DNA of 64,000 nucleotides from Cirrosporium novae-zelandiae (Eukaryota): NCBI GenBank assembly GCA_026023565.1, contig JAPETS010000012.1, positions 434,001 to 498,000 of the forward strand, read 5' to 3'. Shown piece by piece: positions 51,260 to 64,000 of this stretch (position 1 is its first letter; each line of letters starts with the position of its first letter). The notes under the pieces were generated by a model. It saw only the letters and a program-made list of their open reading frames with translations, ran no database searches and was not told where the DNA came from. The position numbers and the translations under genes were made by a program.

Positions 51260-51592
51260 AACGCGACACCTCCGGTCACATCAACTGATTGGTACTGGGG
51301 TGGGGTAATAAATGCTAGACCTTGCAGTTCTGCTAAGCAAGAAATATAAAGCGCTCTAGAGTGAAAATCCTTCTGGGTTTCCAGGAGGGTCAGGCGCAGG
51401 AATTTCAGAGCTTCAGGCAAAGCAAGGTACGAGATAAGGAACGAGGTGAGGTAAGGTGAGAGTTGAAAACCAATCCTCTATATAGAACAAGGAGCGTCGG
51501 GTCCAGGAATTGGGTGGGTACTGGACATGTTTCGCTAGTCGTTGAGGACGATGTGTATATATATATCCGGTAGTAGGATTTGAGGATAAGGA

Positions 51593-53527
51593 TTAAGCTA
51601 TGTTTTCAAGGTTTGAATTATCAATACGATGGTAGCGGTGGTAGAATCGTTCCCACTTTATTAATAATGGACGGCGGAATTCCCAAGCTATGAACGAAGC
51701 CGTTGTGAGGAAGCAGACACCCATCAGCAGATGAAGGGGTACAAAATCGGAATGCTCTCGGGGTAAATATGGTTCGTCGGCCTGTGGAAGCGGATGTTAG
51801 ATTTACATTATGCTTTAATGAAGGAGAGTGCTAGGATAATGATGGCATTTTGAACCTAGTATGGGTACCTTGCATAGGAAAGTCTGCGGGCCGGTCGGAT
51901 GGATAAAGAGCCGTTGCAACGGATACCGGAACAACCCAGGGAGCACACAAAATTGATATAAAGAACGATGCAAGAACGGGTTAAAGAAATAATTCACACT
52001 TACAATGTGTCCAGATCTTCTATCAACAACCTTCGTATAGCCCATTACCTCACCCTCGGAATTCAAGGCCGCAACCCTAAGGTAATAGTCTTGCACATCC
52101 TCATCCAACTCAAATTTTGCCTCAAACCCTTCTCTCGGCATCCACTGAATGGCTCCAAAGTTCTTAGAATCTTCTGAAAAGTTTGGGACCGGCGTCATAG
52201 ATCCTTCAAGCTTCCAGCTCACAACTTCAGTTGCCCCATTCCAACTAACGAAGACGGTATTTTTGGTTGCCCACATCCTAATATCAGGAGAGGTTTTTGG
52301 ATGCCCAACCCAGCTACCTTTAAAGGCGCGGTAAGATTTGATCCAGCCCCAGTCGAAAAACGCGCTAGAGCCGAAATGAACGTCGCAGAGAACTTCGCCT
52401 TCTGCAGTGAATTCGGTATACGCTGCAGAGTGACCCCAGCCGACGAAGACGTTACCATTATCGGGGAGGATTTGGACAGATCCTTGGGAGGCAGCGAGAA
52501 TTTTCTTGGGATTTACATATGCACTCAAGAGTGTGGCAGTCATCTTTTCCAAGTCAAGGGAAACAGCAAGGCCACGGCTGAACTCTGCTGTCTTGTCTTT
52601 ATTCGTTGAGCCATTATCAAAGATGGTAATTGTGTTATTGGGATGCCAATTCACATGATGCTGCCAGGAGAAGTTCGTAGCGGCACCGTGGGAGAGATCT
52701 TCGAAGTCATTGTGACGACCACCTAGGACCCAGAGGACGTCGCCAGAAGGACTGATGCAAGTTACAGTATGCATGTAACGAGAAGAGACGTAGTAGTTTC
52801 CTTTAGTATCCTTGTCGATGCTGTTGATGTGAAAGTAGTCAAAAGCTTTGTCCTCCTTGTAGCCAGTTTTTTCTATGTCGTTGTAAGTCTCCTCGACAGG
52901 ATAATAGTCCGATGATCGCCATTGGAACAAAAGCTTCCCTGTCTCAATATCGATTTCTTGGAACAAGCCATCATAAACCCAACCTGGCTCTTTCCTTCCA
53001 AACGCGGAAAGGTCCACCTGTATAATTTCGTAAATCGTCATAAGAGCCGTGCCATTTTCGGTAAGCTGGAATTCGTGGAGGTCACCTTCGAGACCCTCAC
53101 CAACGGGTGAGATCTTGTAAGCGATCTCATAGGAAGAGTTAAGCATATAATAGTAACCCCGTCCATGTGTTCCATCGTCTTTCCCAGCCCAAAAAGTCAA
53201 ATAGTCCTCCCCTTTGTAATTTTGTATTTTCAAGTCCATTGCCTCTCCGAATCTCTTCTCCATCCATACCAGATTGCCCTTAGCATCGATTATCATGGGC
53301 CCAGGAGCGGGTACTGAGATACCACGTGGTGTAAGAAGGGTGTAACGATCATCGCATCGATCATCCCATTGTAGGACGTTCAATTGAGGAGACACAAGGT
53401 CAACAGAGTCATATGTCTGCCATGGATATGCACCATAAAGGCCAAGATCATACCACAGGTCATACCATTGTTTGCAGTTGGCAAAAACCAGGAAAGTTGA
53501 CAGGGCGAGGAGAGTGGCGAACCTCAT
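51593..53527 (-). CDS. Arylsulfotransferase (ASST)-domain secreted/membrane protein
   Basis: Signal peptide; DLHEF, DYFHINSI, FSWQHH, IFDNG, SQGSVQ, SYRAFK and VSWNGATEV. Intron 52003-51782 leads to a last exon with a TM segment (LLMGVCFLTTASFIAW). Confidence 0.9.
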
Positions 53528-55410
53528 GGTGAGGTATAGAGGAATATTGACTTGCTCGACTCGACGACAACAACAGCAACAGCGATACCAAGGAAAGGGG
53601 AGATATAAATTGAAGATGTGGGGAAGTGTTCAAGTAATAACCTCCCCAAAGGGAAGGTAGTCGCATGCGTGTGATGATAGCCATTATGAGTAGTGGCTTG
53701 GGCAAACGGCAATTCACTGTTTTCCATTAGATCAACACCGCGGTGACGACGCAGGAGCAAGAGTCTGAGTGGACTGGGGTGGATTTTCCAGCCTTCCAAG
53801 CTTTACTGGTAAGATGATCTTCTAGACTTTGGGTTACTATGAATTGATAAGTTGATAACGGAGACTTAAAAAAAAACAAGAACACGGAAACCCATGAAGG
53901 AAAATGCCAAGACTTGGGAAATCCGCCAATTTTTCGCAATTCTTTCCAAACACGCCTTAGAATGCTTTCAAAGTACTCATACTTCTTACCCTGACTTTCG
54001 TACTCTTACCCCCCCCAATGCCCCCCCCCCTCGAAGGCTTAGCCGCTCAACAGCTTTCATCTGTGCAAAGTAAAGTTTGAACATGGTTTATTTCAGGAAC
54101 CATGCCTTCAAGGGGATGGATTTGGAACAGATAGACCAAGATGATACTGGAACTCTAAGGGTTAAATCACCGATTCACTGGGTTTGATTGAACGCGATTA
54201 ACGAAGTTCCCACCTTCCCCTTGTTCCCTTGTTTGATGATCAGGAGAAAGTCACCAAGCAAAGATTGTTTGGATCAACTTAACGCCATCAGGCTCCATTA
54301 CCTTGTAGTATTATGCAGACACTAGATATATCTGAGGTCCCTGGAAATAGTGGTTGAATTGGGTTAAATGGTACATGAATGGTCAACGTCCACCCATTCA
54401 GGGGCCGCGTGGCAAGTGGATAAATCTACTTTTGATATAAAAGTTTGGTCAATTTTTGGTCAATTTTTGGCCTTTGATAATCGGATGTGGGCAGATGGTG
54501 GTACTTGCGGTAAAAGTATCCGCAAATCAATCATTGTCTAGAAATCGCCAAGCCAAAGGTCTTTAATGCCACCCCCCTCCTCAAACTCATCGTGAGGCGG
54601 CTAGGTGGAGCGGAGCTTTTACTTGACCCAAGTCAGTCAATCATCTAGAAAAGCACTACGGTACCGAGGTACATACATGTATGTACTCGAGTACAGTACA
54701 CTCCGAAGGTTGGAACCTGTAACTATACGCCAGTAAGTATATTAACCATTTAATTTTCCCATTTTAAATATTCATTCTTCGGCAATAATTAGACATCAGA
54801 TGAGGGCCAAGTCCCCTCTACGAAGCCAAGAATGCTTGTCCTGCTGAACATCTCCATGCCAATGAAATTTTGCTGGCATCGTAATCATCTTACTTTCCCA
54901 AAGTAACAATCCCGGTTAGGGATGGGATACCACCTTTGGATTGACCCTGACCGAAATTATGTACCTAGGTAGTTTGGCATGCTAGATTGATGTCGAACAA
55001 TGTCTTTGTCATACAACTGGTGGCCTTTTTCCGACGGCAACTGAGCATTATCCTCCGGCATTTATGCAATACCACTCCAATCCATTGTCATTTCGAAAAA
55101 GTACATCAAAGTGGTGATACCAATTGAAACAATATGACCCTCATGCGACACAACTGGTTCGAACGAATCTGCTTGTAACGTTATATCGACCTGTCATTAA
55201 ATAATTGTTGATGTTATACAAGTAAGCTGAGCTAAGATAGCATTACCTCTTGAACACAAGAAACGAATCCCGTAGACATGAGCTGAGCTTCTATCCTTGC
55301 AACCCTTACGCAATATCTTCATCATAGGAGGAGAAGGCAATTTGATTTTTTTTCCTTCTTCATGCATATCGTCGCAAGGCTGCCAATGCCCTCGAGTAGT
55401 TGGCATTAGC

Positions 55411-56275
55411 CTAGGATGATTCCTGGTGAACATCACCAAATTTAAATCGGACGGATCCATCTACTGCATCAGGGCTGTTGGCTAAGTATAAAATCCTTCT
55501 TGAACGGTTGTTATAAAATCCAACATTGTAAATGGATCTTGCTTCGCCCTCCTTCCTCCCTTGTTTGTAGGATTCGCAGCCCTTTACTTCATTCTCCTGA
55601 CCGAGTTCGCCAAATTTTATAGCCTGCTCGTCGCAAAATTTCGCCATCTTGATGTCCTTCTCTGAGAGAGCGTCAAGAGAATGGGTTGTCCATTGAATTA
55701 CCACTTTATTATAAGTCTGTTAAATCCTCGTAAGCCGTAATTCGCTGGCCCGTAATTTTTCGAATATAGAAGAACACAGAGACTCCCCTCACATTTGTCC
55801 ATGTAGGATGATGCTTTTCCTCCTTGCATTTAGCTGCAACCACATTCATGAAATCCCAACATCCTTTAAAGCCTTTGAATCTGAAGGACCTTTGAATGCC
55901 CTTCTCATTTTTTGAAATCTCCCATGTAGGGCCCTGCTCCTTGGATCTGAAGAGGAGCGGCTGAAGCTCATTTTGTACAAAGTCCTCAAATTTCTCAAAG
56001 TCTAAGTCGAGGTTAAGGTGGAGAGGGTTGTAAAGTTTTAAGGGAGAATTGGAGGTGGACGGTCTGTCTTGGCCATCCTCGACACTGCCTTCCGTGGCAT
56101 TGCCATTGGAAGACGGTCTAGAATTAAGAAAAGGGGGGGCGACACTGAGAAGCCGGCGGGATTGAGATTCTAGAGGGTGGTTGGAGGGAGGATGGAGGAC
56201 AGGAGGGGGGAGAGGAAGTGGGCGGTGGAGGAGCCAGCGAGAAGGGACGAGACGAAGGGCCCGAAGCGGGGGCAT
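55411..56275 (-). CDS. Pterin-4-alpha-carbinolamine dehydratase family protein, mitochondrial
   Basis: Presequence-like N-terminus; RSFRFKGF...FMNVVA..HHPTWTN | intron 55792-55717 | TYNKV.IQWTTH...LSEKDIKMAKFCD. Confidence 0.9.
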
Positions 56276-57341
56276 ATTTATCAAAGGGATAGATATTAAG
56301 GCTACAGATACTTGGACATCTCGTGGGGTAGAGAAGCAGTTCGCTGTAGCCTAAACGCTGATGCCTGTGGTTACATACATACATACAGACACACACATAC
56401 GTACAGTACAGTATTTACACACTCAAACCAACCGACATCATAACACACGAACTCTTTAATTTCCTCCCTATAAAAGTACTGTACAAAGCAAAATCAAATA
56501 CTCACTCTTTATCGCAATACAAAGCTTTACGTGGATGTATCATCGGAAGGTTACTAACAAACTCCCTACAGTAGAAAATTATTAAACTTAAATATCTAAT
56601 CTTTCTTTGACAACAACTTTCTAAAAATCTAATACGTCACAAAAAATATTCGCTAAATTGTAAATTTCAAAAAAAACACTGAACCCCCTCACCTCCATTT
56701 TATTACACAGCCAATATTTACAGAAAGATTTCAAAGCAGTTGCCGCTTTTTCCGTACAATACCGAAAGCCCACAATCGCCCATTAGTCATGCACAGGGAT
56801 TCTTTACAGAGGGACTTACTTATATTTATAATTACCTAGGTAATTTAATTGAGTTTGAATGGTGTTTTGTATTATGGGGGCGGGCGGTTACTTTTAGTCA
56901 ACCCCCCCCCCCCCACAGCTCAAGAAGATAACTGGGACCCGGGCGTGCTTTAGGCTCTGGTACAACTAAAAGCTTACTGTGCCGTCTACGGCAGATCGGC
57001 ATATCCGGGAGATAAAAAAACATCAAAGGATTTGGAAATTCTAGTGCTGTAGATAAATAAATATGGATAGTGGTGGGGGGAGGGCTATATTGGTAATTGA
57101 GTATCCGCCACCGCTGATGAACTTGAGAGGATTGATAGGTGAGGAGGGGTAGGAAATGCGCGAGACGGAACTTTGTAAGCTATATTGTGTAAGAAATCCT
57201 TTGCGTAGGTAATGAGGAACTCATGGCTATTTAAAAGCTTCTGCTATACCTGGTATTCCTGGAGGGATTTAATCACAGCAATATTCATTCTTAACTGATC
57301 ATCGCAAAAGACAAATAAACTACGCTGTTACAGCTTTGAAG

Positions 57342-58496
57342 ATGATGCGAGCAGTTGGTAAGTACCAAGCTAGAGACCTCTAGAAAGACGCATGAGATTG
57401 ATTCTACTACAGATATACGAAATGGCACAGGCCCAGTCGATGCTCTGTACATTACAGAAATCCCCAAGCCAAAAATCACCGGCTCCGAAGCATTGGTGAA
57501 GATCAAGGTCTTTGGGTTGAATCGAATGGATCTCATCCAGCGTGAAGGACATTACCCAGTTCCTCCCCAGGCACCAAGCACGCTAGGCGTTGAGTTCTCG
57601 GGAACCGTGGCAGAATTGGCAAGTGATGGGTCGGATTTCAAGGTTGGGGATGAGGTGTTTGGTTTGGCCTATGGAGGTTATAGACCTTCGTTGAAAACAA
57701 GGGATACCCACTAATATCAAGCCAACAGGTGCATATGCAGAGTATGTTGCTGTTTCGACGAGGATGCTTATCCATAAGCCAAAACACATTTCTTGGGAGG
57801 TAGCTGCTTCTATCCCAGAGGTAAGATCCACAGAATACTTTGAAAAGCGTTCCTAATTCGATGGAATAGACATGGATGACATCACTCCAGGCCATGTATC
57901 TGGTCGGCGAGTATTCCAAAGGAAAGACGATACTTTGGCATGCTGGTGCATCTTCAGTTTCATCTGCTGGCATTCAGCTGTCAAGAGTAGATCCTGCAAA
58001 AGCTATCTATGTTACCGTCGGGTCTCAGGAAAAAATCGACTTCTGTGTGAAAGAGCTCGGAGCTACTGCAGGATTCAACTATCACACGCAAGATTGGGCC
58101 AAAGAGATTATTGCTGTCACGGACGGAAAAGGGGTGGATGTCATCATCGACTTCATAGGCCCAGGTTACTTCAAAGGGAATATTGATGCAGCTGCACGGG
58201 ATGGACGAATAGTCAGTCTCGGGTGGCTGGGCGATGCAAAAATTGACCCCAACGTTGATATTCGACAAATGACTGTCAAAAGACTGAGGTACGAGGGAAG
58301 CACCTTGAGAAGCAGGGATTTAGACTACCAACAGAAGTTAAGAGACCTTCTCGTGGAGAAAGTTCTACCAGGGTTCCAAGATGGGACCTTCAAGGTAGTG
58401 GTCGAAAGGGTGTTTCCTTGGGAAGATATTATAGAAGCGCAGAAGTTGATGGAGAGTAATACCTCGAAAGGCAAAATCGTGTGCATTGTGAGCTAG
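57342..58496 (+). CDS. NADPH:quinone oxidoreductase (zeta-crystallin/PIG3-like MDR)
   Basis: Three introns. Motifs FGLNRMDLIQREGHYP, LGVEFSG, GLAYGGAYAEY, HAGASSVS, GKGVDVIIDF, GSTLRSR and KGKIV. Confidence 0.93.
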
Positions 58497-59126
58497 AGCT
58501 GTGTATGCAATTAGTATCAGTCATAACGACTATATAAGCTACTAAATAATGATTGACTATATCCCAAAGTGCCGGTCCTCTGTCGAGTAGATATAAATCT
58601 TACCAAGCATATTCTAAATCATGACCTAATATACTTATATAAACGAAAACCCTGTGCTAGCTGGAGGAATTATTAAGGCTTACCCGCTCTCAAGCTTTCC
58701 CATTGCATGAACTGAGTTCCTCAAGTAGTAGTACAACGATGAGTAGAGAATAATGGCTTGCTGATAAATCTTAGTTGCTTGTGATTCGGAGAGAATTTGA
58801 ACCAATGGATCCAGAGATAGTAGTAGGTTGCTTCGTAAGCTTGAAGGACCCCAGATCTAGAGCATTAATAATTGATCATCGTAACAACAACCTTGAGATA
58901 ATTGAGGGGATTGAGGTTCTTGGACAAAGGCAAAGAAAGCCTTCCCGTATTGATAATCCCTAGCGCTGACCAGTTAATGGGTATAGTGACGGAGATAGTG
59001 GGGTTACGTAGAAGGGGATATCTAGATATAAAATGTTGACCTTATATCTAAATTTCTCAGTATTTTGTCACAGAAATATCCCATAATCAGTTGAGTCTCC
59101 TCTCCCAAATACAACAAAAAGGAGAA

Positions 59127-60296
59127 ATGGCTAGCGTTAGCCACCGCGTTCTACTTACTGGAGCCAATGGTTTCGTGGGGAGCAACATTCTAGCACAACT
59201 CCTTGAACAGGGCTTCTCTATACGAAGCGTCGTTCGCTCTAATTCCAAGGCAGATGGTGTACGTCGAGATCATCCCACAGCTGGAGACAAACTCGACTTT
59301 GCAATTGTAGAGGACATCACCGTCCCCGGCGCCTTCGACAAGGCTCTCAAATCCACGCCACCCTTTGATACTGTCATTCACACTGCTTCGCCTTTCTTAT
59401 TTCGAGTCGTTAATACCAATCATGAGATCCTGGATCCGGCAATTAATGGAACGACGTCGATATTAAACTCGGTCAAGAAAGTCGCGCCAGAAGTAAAGAG
59501 AGTCATCATAACAAGCAGTTTTGCAGCGATTGGAGGGTTTGGGCAGTATGATGATTCCGGCAAGATCTATACCGACAATGACTGGAATCCTGTAACTTGG
59601 GAACAATGCTTGGAGACGGATATACACGGCGCCTACTACGGAAGCAAGAAATTTGCTGAAAAAGCAGGTGAGTTGGATGTATCTCGGGTCTTGGCATAGA
59701 TGTGAAGGATCTAAACTAACACGATCTTCGTTTTTCAGCATGGAATTTTGTGTCTGAAGAAAAGCCAAACTTCGACGTAGTGATAATAAATCCCCCGATG
59801 GTCTATGGACCGTTGAACCATCACGTTGCTAGGCCCGCGGATTTGAACGAATCCAACTCGCAGATTTATAGCCACTTCATTGACAGCTCCAAAGATGCCG
59901 AGATGCCACCAAACGGCGTTCATCTCTACTGTGATGTCAGAGTAAGTATCCATAATTTTGGAATTAGAGTTGAAGGTTATAGTGCTAATAACCGTCTAGG
60001 ACGTAGCTCTCGCCCATGTGAAAGCAGTTGTGACCCCAGAGGCTTCGAATAAACGCTTTTTGCTCACAGCAGGCCCCGTCACATCGCAAGAAATCGCAGA
60101 TATATTCCGCAAGAAGTTTCCCGAACTAGAGAGCCGTACTCCGATTGGTAAGCCTGGGGCAAATACTTTGCCGGAGACGGCATATCGGGGTGATTCTACA
60201 CCAGCCAAGGAAATACTTGGTATCAAATTCCATTCCAAGGAAAGTACGTTCGAAGATTTGGGAAAGCAACTGTTAGATATTGAAAAGCAGGCATAA
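59127..60296 (+). CDS. NAD(P)-dependent aldehyde/ketoreductase (GRE2/ARI1-like extended SDR)
   Basis: Motifs VLLTGANGFVG, VIHTASPF, PAINGT, ITSSFAAI, YYGSK (YxxxK), NPPMVYGP and DVRDVALAH; two introns. Confidence 0.93.
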
Positions 60297-60596
60297 GATG
60301 CAATGTGCAGACTATAATGTGCGAGGTGCACCTTATTTCTGAAATACTTCAATATAGTTGAATGTAATAAATCTACATAATTTACCAAGTAATAAGCTAG
60401 GCTTCTGTCTCTAAAAATATGCTGTAGGTATCGTAGTTGCGTAGAGAAAGAAATTTTTGCATTGATTAATTAGTTGGTAATATATAGTTTCATATACAGT
60501 AACAGGCATTCAATCTAAACCTCCAAATCCCTCACCAAGCCTGTATACAATTCATAACTTGCCGATTCCCTTGTCTATATGAGATATCTCTATTGC

Positions 60597-63074
60597 TTAC
60601 AACAAAAGTCCAACAAATATGGCGCATGTGATAAGAGCAAAGCCTGAAACAGCCTTATTGGATCCAGCGGCATTAGTAGTGGCCATCTGGAAGCCAGTCG
60701 AGGTGGAACCAGGCATGCTAGTTTTGCTGCTCGACATCATGAAGCCGGTAGAAGCGGCAGTATAAGCAGGCATGGTCATGTTGCTCTTGCCATAGCTTGG
60801 ACCACCTTGTACATAACCTCCAGCACTGTTTCCAGAATAAGGAGCAGGAGTAGAAATTGGTGTCGCCATTGATGAGGACATTGTTGAGCCCATCATTGAA
60901 TTCATCATAGAGGATGTCATGGCCACTGGCATGACAGAAACGGAACTCATGACCACAACTGGAGCGGCAGAGGAACCCATAATTGAACTCATGCTTGAAG
61001 CTGGCATTGATGGAACACCAGTCATCATGGCGGTGATGGGACAGATAGTGGTGGTAATGGGCACTATCATCGTGCTAGTAGCGATAGATTCAGCAGGGCA
61101 GTTTGTGATAGTGGGGGCGCAGCTGGTGACGGTCACTACGCTAGTCGCATAGATAGTTGAGGTTGAGTAGCCATATGTAGTGACTGCAGCAGTAGTCATG
61201 GCAGGGGCTACAGATGTGGGTACAGTAAGGGTAACTGTAGTGGGAGTTGCGTAGCAGTTATTGCAAACAGTGACCTTAGTAGTGAATCCTGGTGGTGGAG
61301 CACCGGAGGAGGTTTGCTCTGCTGGGCAATATGTAACAGTCTGGGTGACCATGACTGTGGTGAAGCCTTCAGGGCAAACATCAACGTAGGAAGTGGTAAT
61401 AACGGTGGTGGTGGTTTGTTTGCTGGTCATGGCGGCAGAACCAGTCATCATGGACGATGGAGCAGAGGTAATGGACATACCACCGGTAATCATGCTTGAG
61501 CCTGCAGACATGGTCATTGTTCCGGTCCTAGATCCAGACATGCCAGACATGGAAGCTATAATCAGGTCAGCAGTTGAAATACACTCAATGCAGAACGTCA
61601 TTGAGAAGGAGAGGATGTTCATACCGGAACCAGTGGCTGAAGACATAGTGGAGGAACCAAGAGCCGAAGTGTCACTTCTGCCCATTGCAACACTAATAGT
61701 GGTAATTGGGAGGGTGCCGGTACTGGCAACTGGGGTAACAGATGAAAGAGAAGAAGTGGAAGTAGAGGAGACGGCGGATCCAGTGCTGGAAGCGCTGACC
61801 TTCTCTTTATAGATCTTAATGGAGTTAACTTCCCAGTAAGCATTCTCATATTCCTCTGCGTTGTTAGCAACATATGCCTTGCAAGAGTCCATACTAGACA
61901 TAGCAGTGCCATCGTCGTTGTACGAGGCCGGGCAGCCTTGGGAAGTGAAGACGTTGCCGGCATAGTCGCCACAGAAAGTTGTGTCAAAAATGATTTTGTG
62001 TTGGGAGAAATGCGAGTCGATGTCACAAGATCCTTGATAGTTGGCTTGTGGAGTCCCAAATGTGGTCACGTCTGGTTCTCCGGCTAGAATGGAAGAAGGG
62101 ATTTGGGAGCGTGTCCAGAACCATAGCTTAATGAAATCGGAAGTCCATTCCAGTGCATAAACCCCACCATCGGCATCATTGAAGCCATCACCATAAGTTT
62201 GGGCGGCCGAGTAACCACTGCCGCCTGATGCTGTGACACCGCAGCCGGAAGTTGAATGAGATACCTTTTTAACCGATTAGCGAAGTCTTCAGCTAGACTT
62301 TTAAAACTTACAGAGCAATCATTATCAAGTAGTGTGCCAGACTCATCAGCACCAGCCACAGTACAGGTGTCAGATGTGTGGAGGTTCATCAAGTTGGTTG
62401 TTTGGTGGTTCACACCCTCGATGATATCTAGTGTACACTGAAATTAGCAAATAATTGCACGACATGGCCCCAGGCATTTTAATACCAAAATGCTAGAAAA
62501 GAGGGCTTACCTATTTCTCCACCAGCTGGCCAAGTTCCATCACCGAGTGTCCAAAAGGCAGGCCAGACACCACAAGCAGCACCAGGCATATGTGCAATAT
62601 CGGCAATGAACAGTCCATGTGTCCATTTTTCCTTGCTCTCGATACGTACACTCTTCCGTCCGGGCCCATCCGTATCAAGGTCATTGGAATCCGAGCCATG
62701 TTCGACTCCCATATAAACGGAGGATGAATCGGCAGAAATCAAACCAGCATCTTGGGCATCACTCTCACATTGGTAACTAGGAATATATTAGCTAAACGGA
62801 CTCGCTCCTCCAAGGACAGGAAACACACTCAACGAAACCACTTGTTGGATCTTGGCCCTGATCATTTCGTCAGCTTGGATGATATCTATCATGTTAAACC
62901 GTGAAAGCTTCCTACAGTATAGAAATCAAAATTATCAAAGAAACCCTCTCCTTGCCATGTTTCCTCCAACTCGTATTCGCATGCACTTCGCTTCAAAGGA
63001 CTTGCTGCAGTATGGTTCATTAAAGATGAAAAGAGAAGGGTGCCAACACCCAGAAAGAGTGATGAGGAAGGCAT
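60597..63074 (-). CDS. GH16 endo-1,3(4)-beta-glucanase with Ser/Thr/Met-rich stalk and probable GPI anchor
   Basis: Signal peptide; FFDNFDF, GRKSVRIES, HMPG..CGVWPAFW, WPAGGEI|DIIEGVN (catalytic EIDIIE), IIFDTTFCGD and YWEVNSI. Cys-containing Thr-rich repeats and a hydrophobic C-terminus. Confidence 0.92.
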
Positions 63075-64000
63075 CCTGAAAAGAGTGACTGAAGTTATGA
63101 GAAAAAAGAGTGTATAGCTTTAGAAGCAAAATCAGGTTGATGGAATAACTATGAAAGACAACAAGGGAGACTGGTATGATATATGGTTACCTAGTCCACC
63201 TCCTTGGTCATGCTTGATTGCAAGCCACATGGCTGTTAGGAGGTTGATCGGTTTCGGCATCATCGGCTCATAGCGAGAAATAGGTCAATAGGTCAAACAC
63301 ATATTGACCAAACTCGGCGATTCCGTCATCGATGGAGCCATTTCTCTGGCATCCGAATGCAGAACTACAGACACCTCCATGAATGCTGCCTTCTTCATAA
63401 TCCCTAAACGAGGAAATAAAGTCTAGGGACTCCACACGATCGAGAATTAGCTGGGAGAAGTTAGTCTAGATCGGCTATCTAAAGCTGGAGGGTCTTTTGG
63501 CGTCTGATCTGTGGTAACTAAGCTTAAGAAGATCCATGTGGAATAATGGGAGGGATGAAAGAGGTTAGATTAGATACCCCTGGTATACCCTAAATAGGAA
63601 AGATTGTGCAATAGAGATGAAGCTAGTGAGATTTCGGTCAGGGCTGAAAAGTTAAATTTGACCACTGAACTTGGAAGAAAATGCAGAGTAGAGAACAGGT
63701 TCTAGCCACAGTAACTTCTGGTGTATTGATTTGTGGAGACTTTACACAGTCGGATAATATCCTGAATTTCCAGACGGCTTGGAAGCTAACTCAGGGGTAG
63801 TATCAGCGCCCCCAAAGTAAAAGCCAAGATCGTCTCATCTTCTCAATCTTAAGCGCTACTTCAAACATAAAAGGAATAGGAGTGCATATAAGAATTCAAA
63901 AGAATTCTTCCTTGATGTTAAACCATTACTCCTCCATTGTTTCATCGTGAGAGTGGCAGTGTACTGACATCTCCCCAGATCAGACTCGATCGAACAGTTT

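Noticed and set aside
50770..51530. Small spliced minus-strand gene downstream of ASST
   Set aside because: Peptide-like fragments exist, but I could not build a consistent start and splice model, and the region is low complexity.

Overview
Gene-dense fungal (filamentous ascomycete, Pezizomycotina-type) genomic DNA with short spliceosomal introns (GT...CTRAC...YAG). I reconstruct about 24 protein-coding genes by hand. Housekeeping and metabolic genes: inositol monophosphatase, RBR E3 ligase, HGH1, hppD, ERG25, NCA2, SEC4/Rab8, AFG2-like AAA ATPase, PCD, two reductases, MFS and NCS1 transporters, GMC oxidoreductase, L-amino-acid oxidase, ASST and a GH16 glucanase. Most notable: (1) a tail-to-tail pair of a HeLo-pseudokinase with MLKL-like catalytic degeneration and an intact Ser/Thr kinase, a candidate RIPK3/MLKL-like cell-death or allorecognition module; (2) a ~460-nt, densely hairpinned minus-strand element at 8817-9278 with Pol III A/B boxes, a tRNA-like minihelix and a T5 terminator, a candidate ncRNA or SINE that I do not recognise; (3) a TTC36-like TPR gene head-to-head with hppD. 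Also seen: a stand-alone SRA/YDG gene, two GC-AG introns, several enlarged introns, a foldback/MITE-like remnant and recurrent C-to-G skew switches near gene 3' ends. All calls come from manual motif recognition; no searches or folding programs were run.
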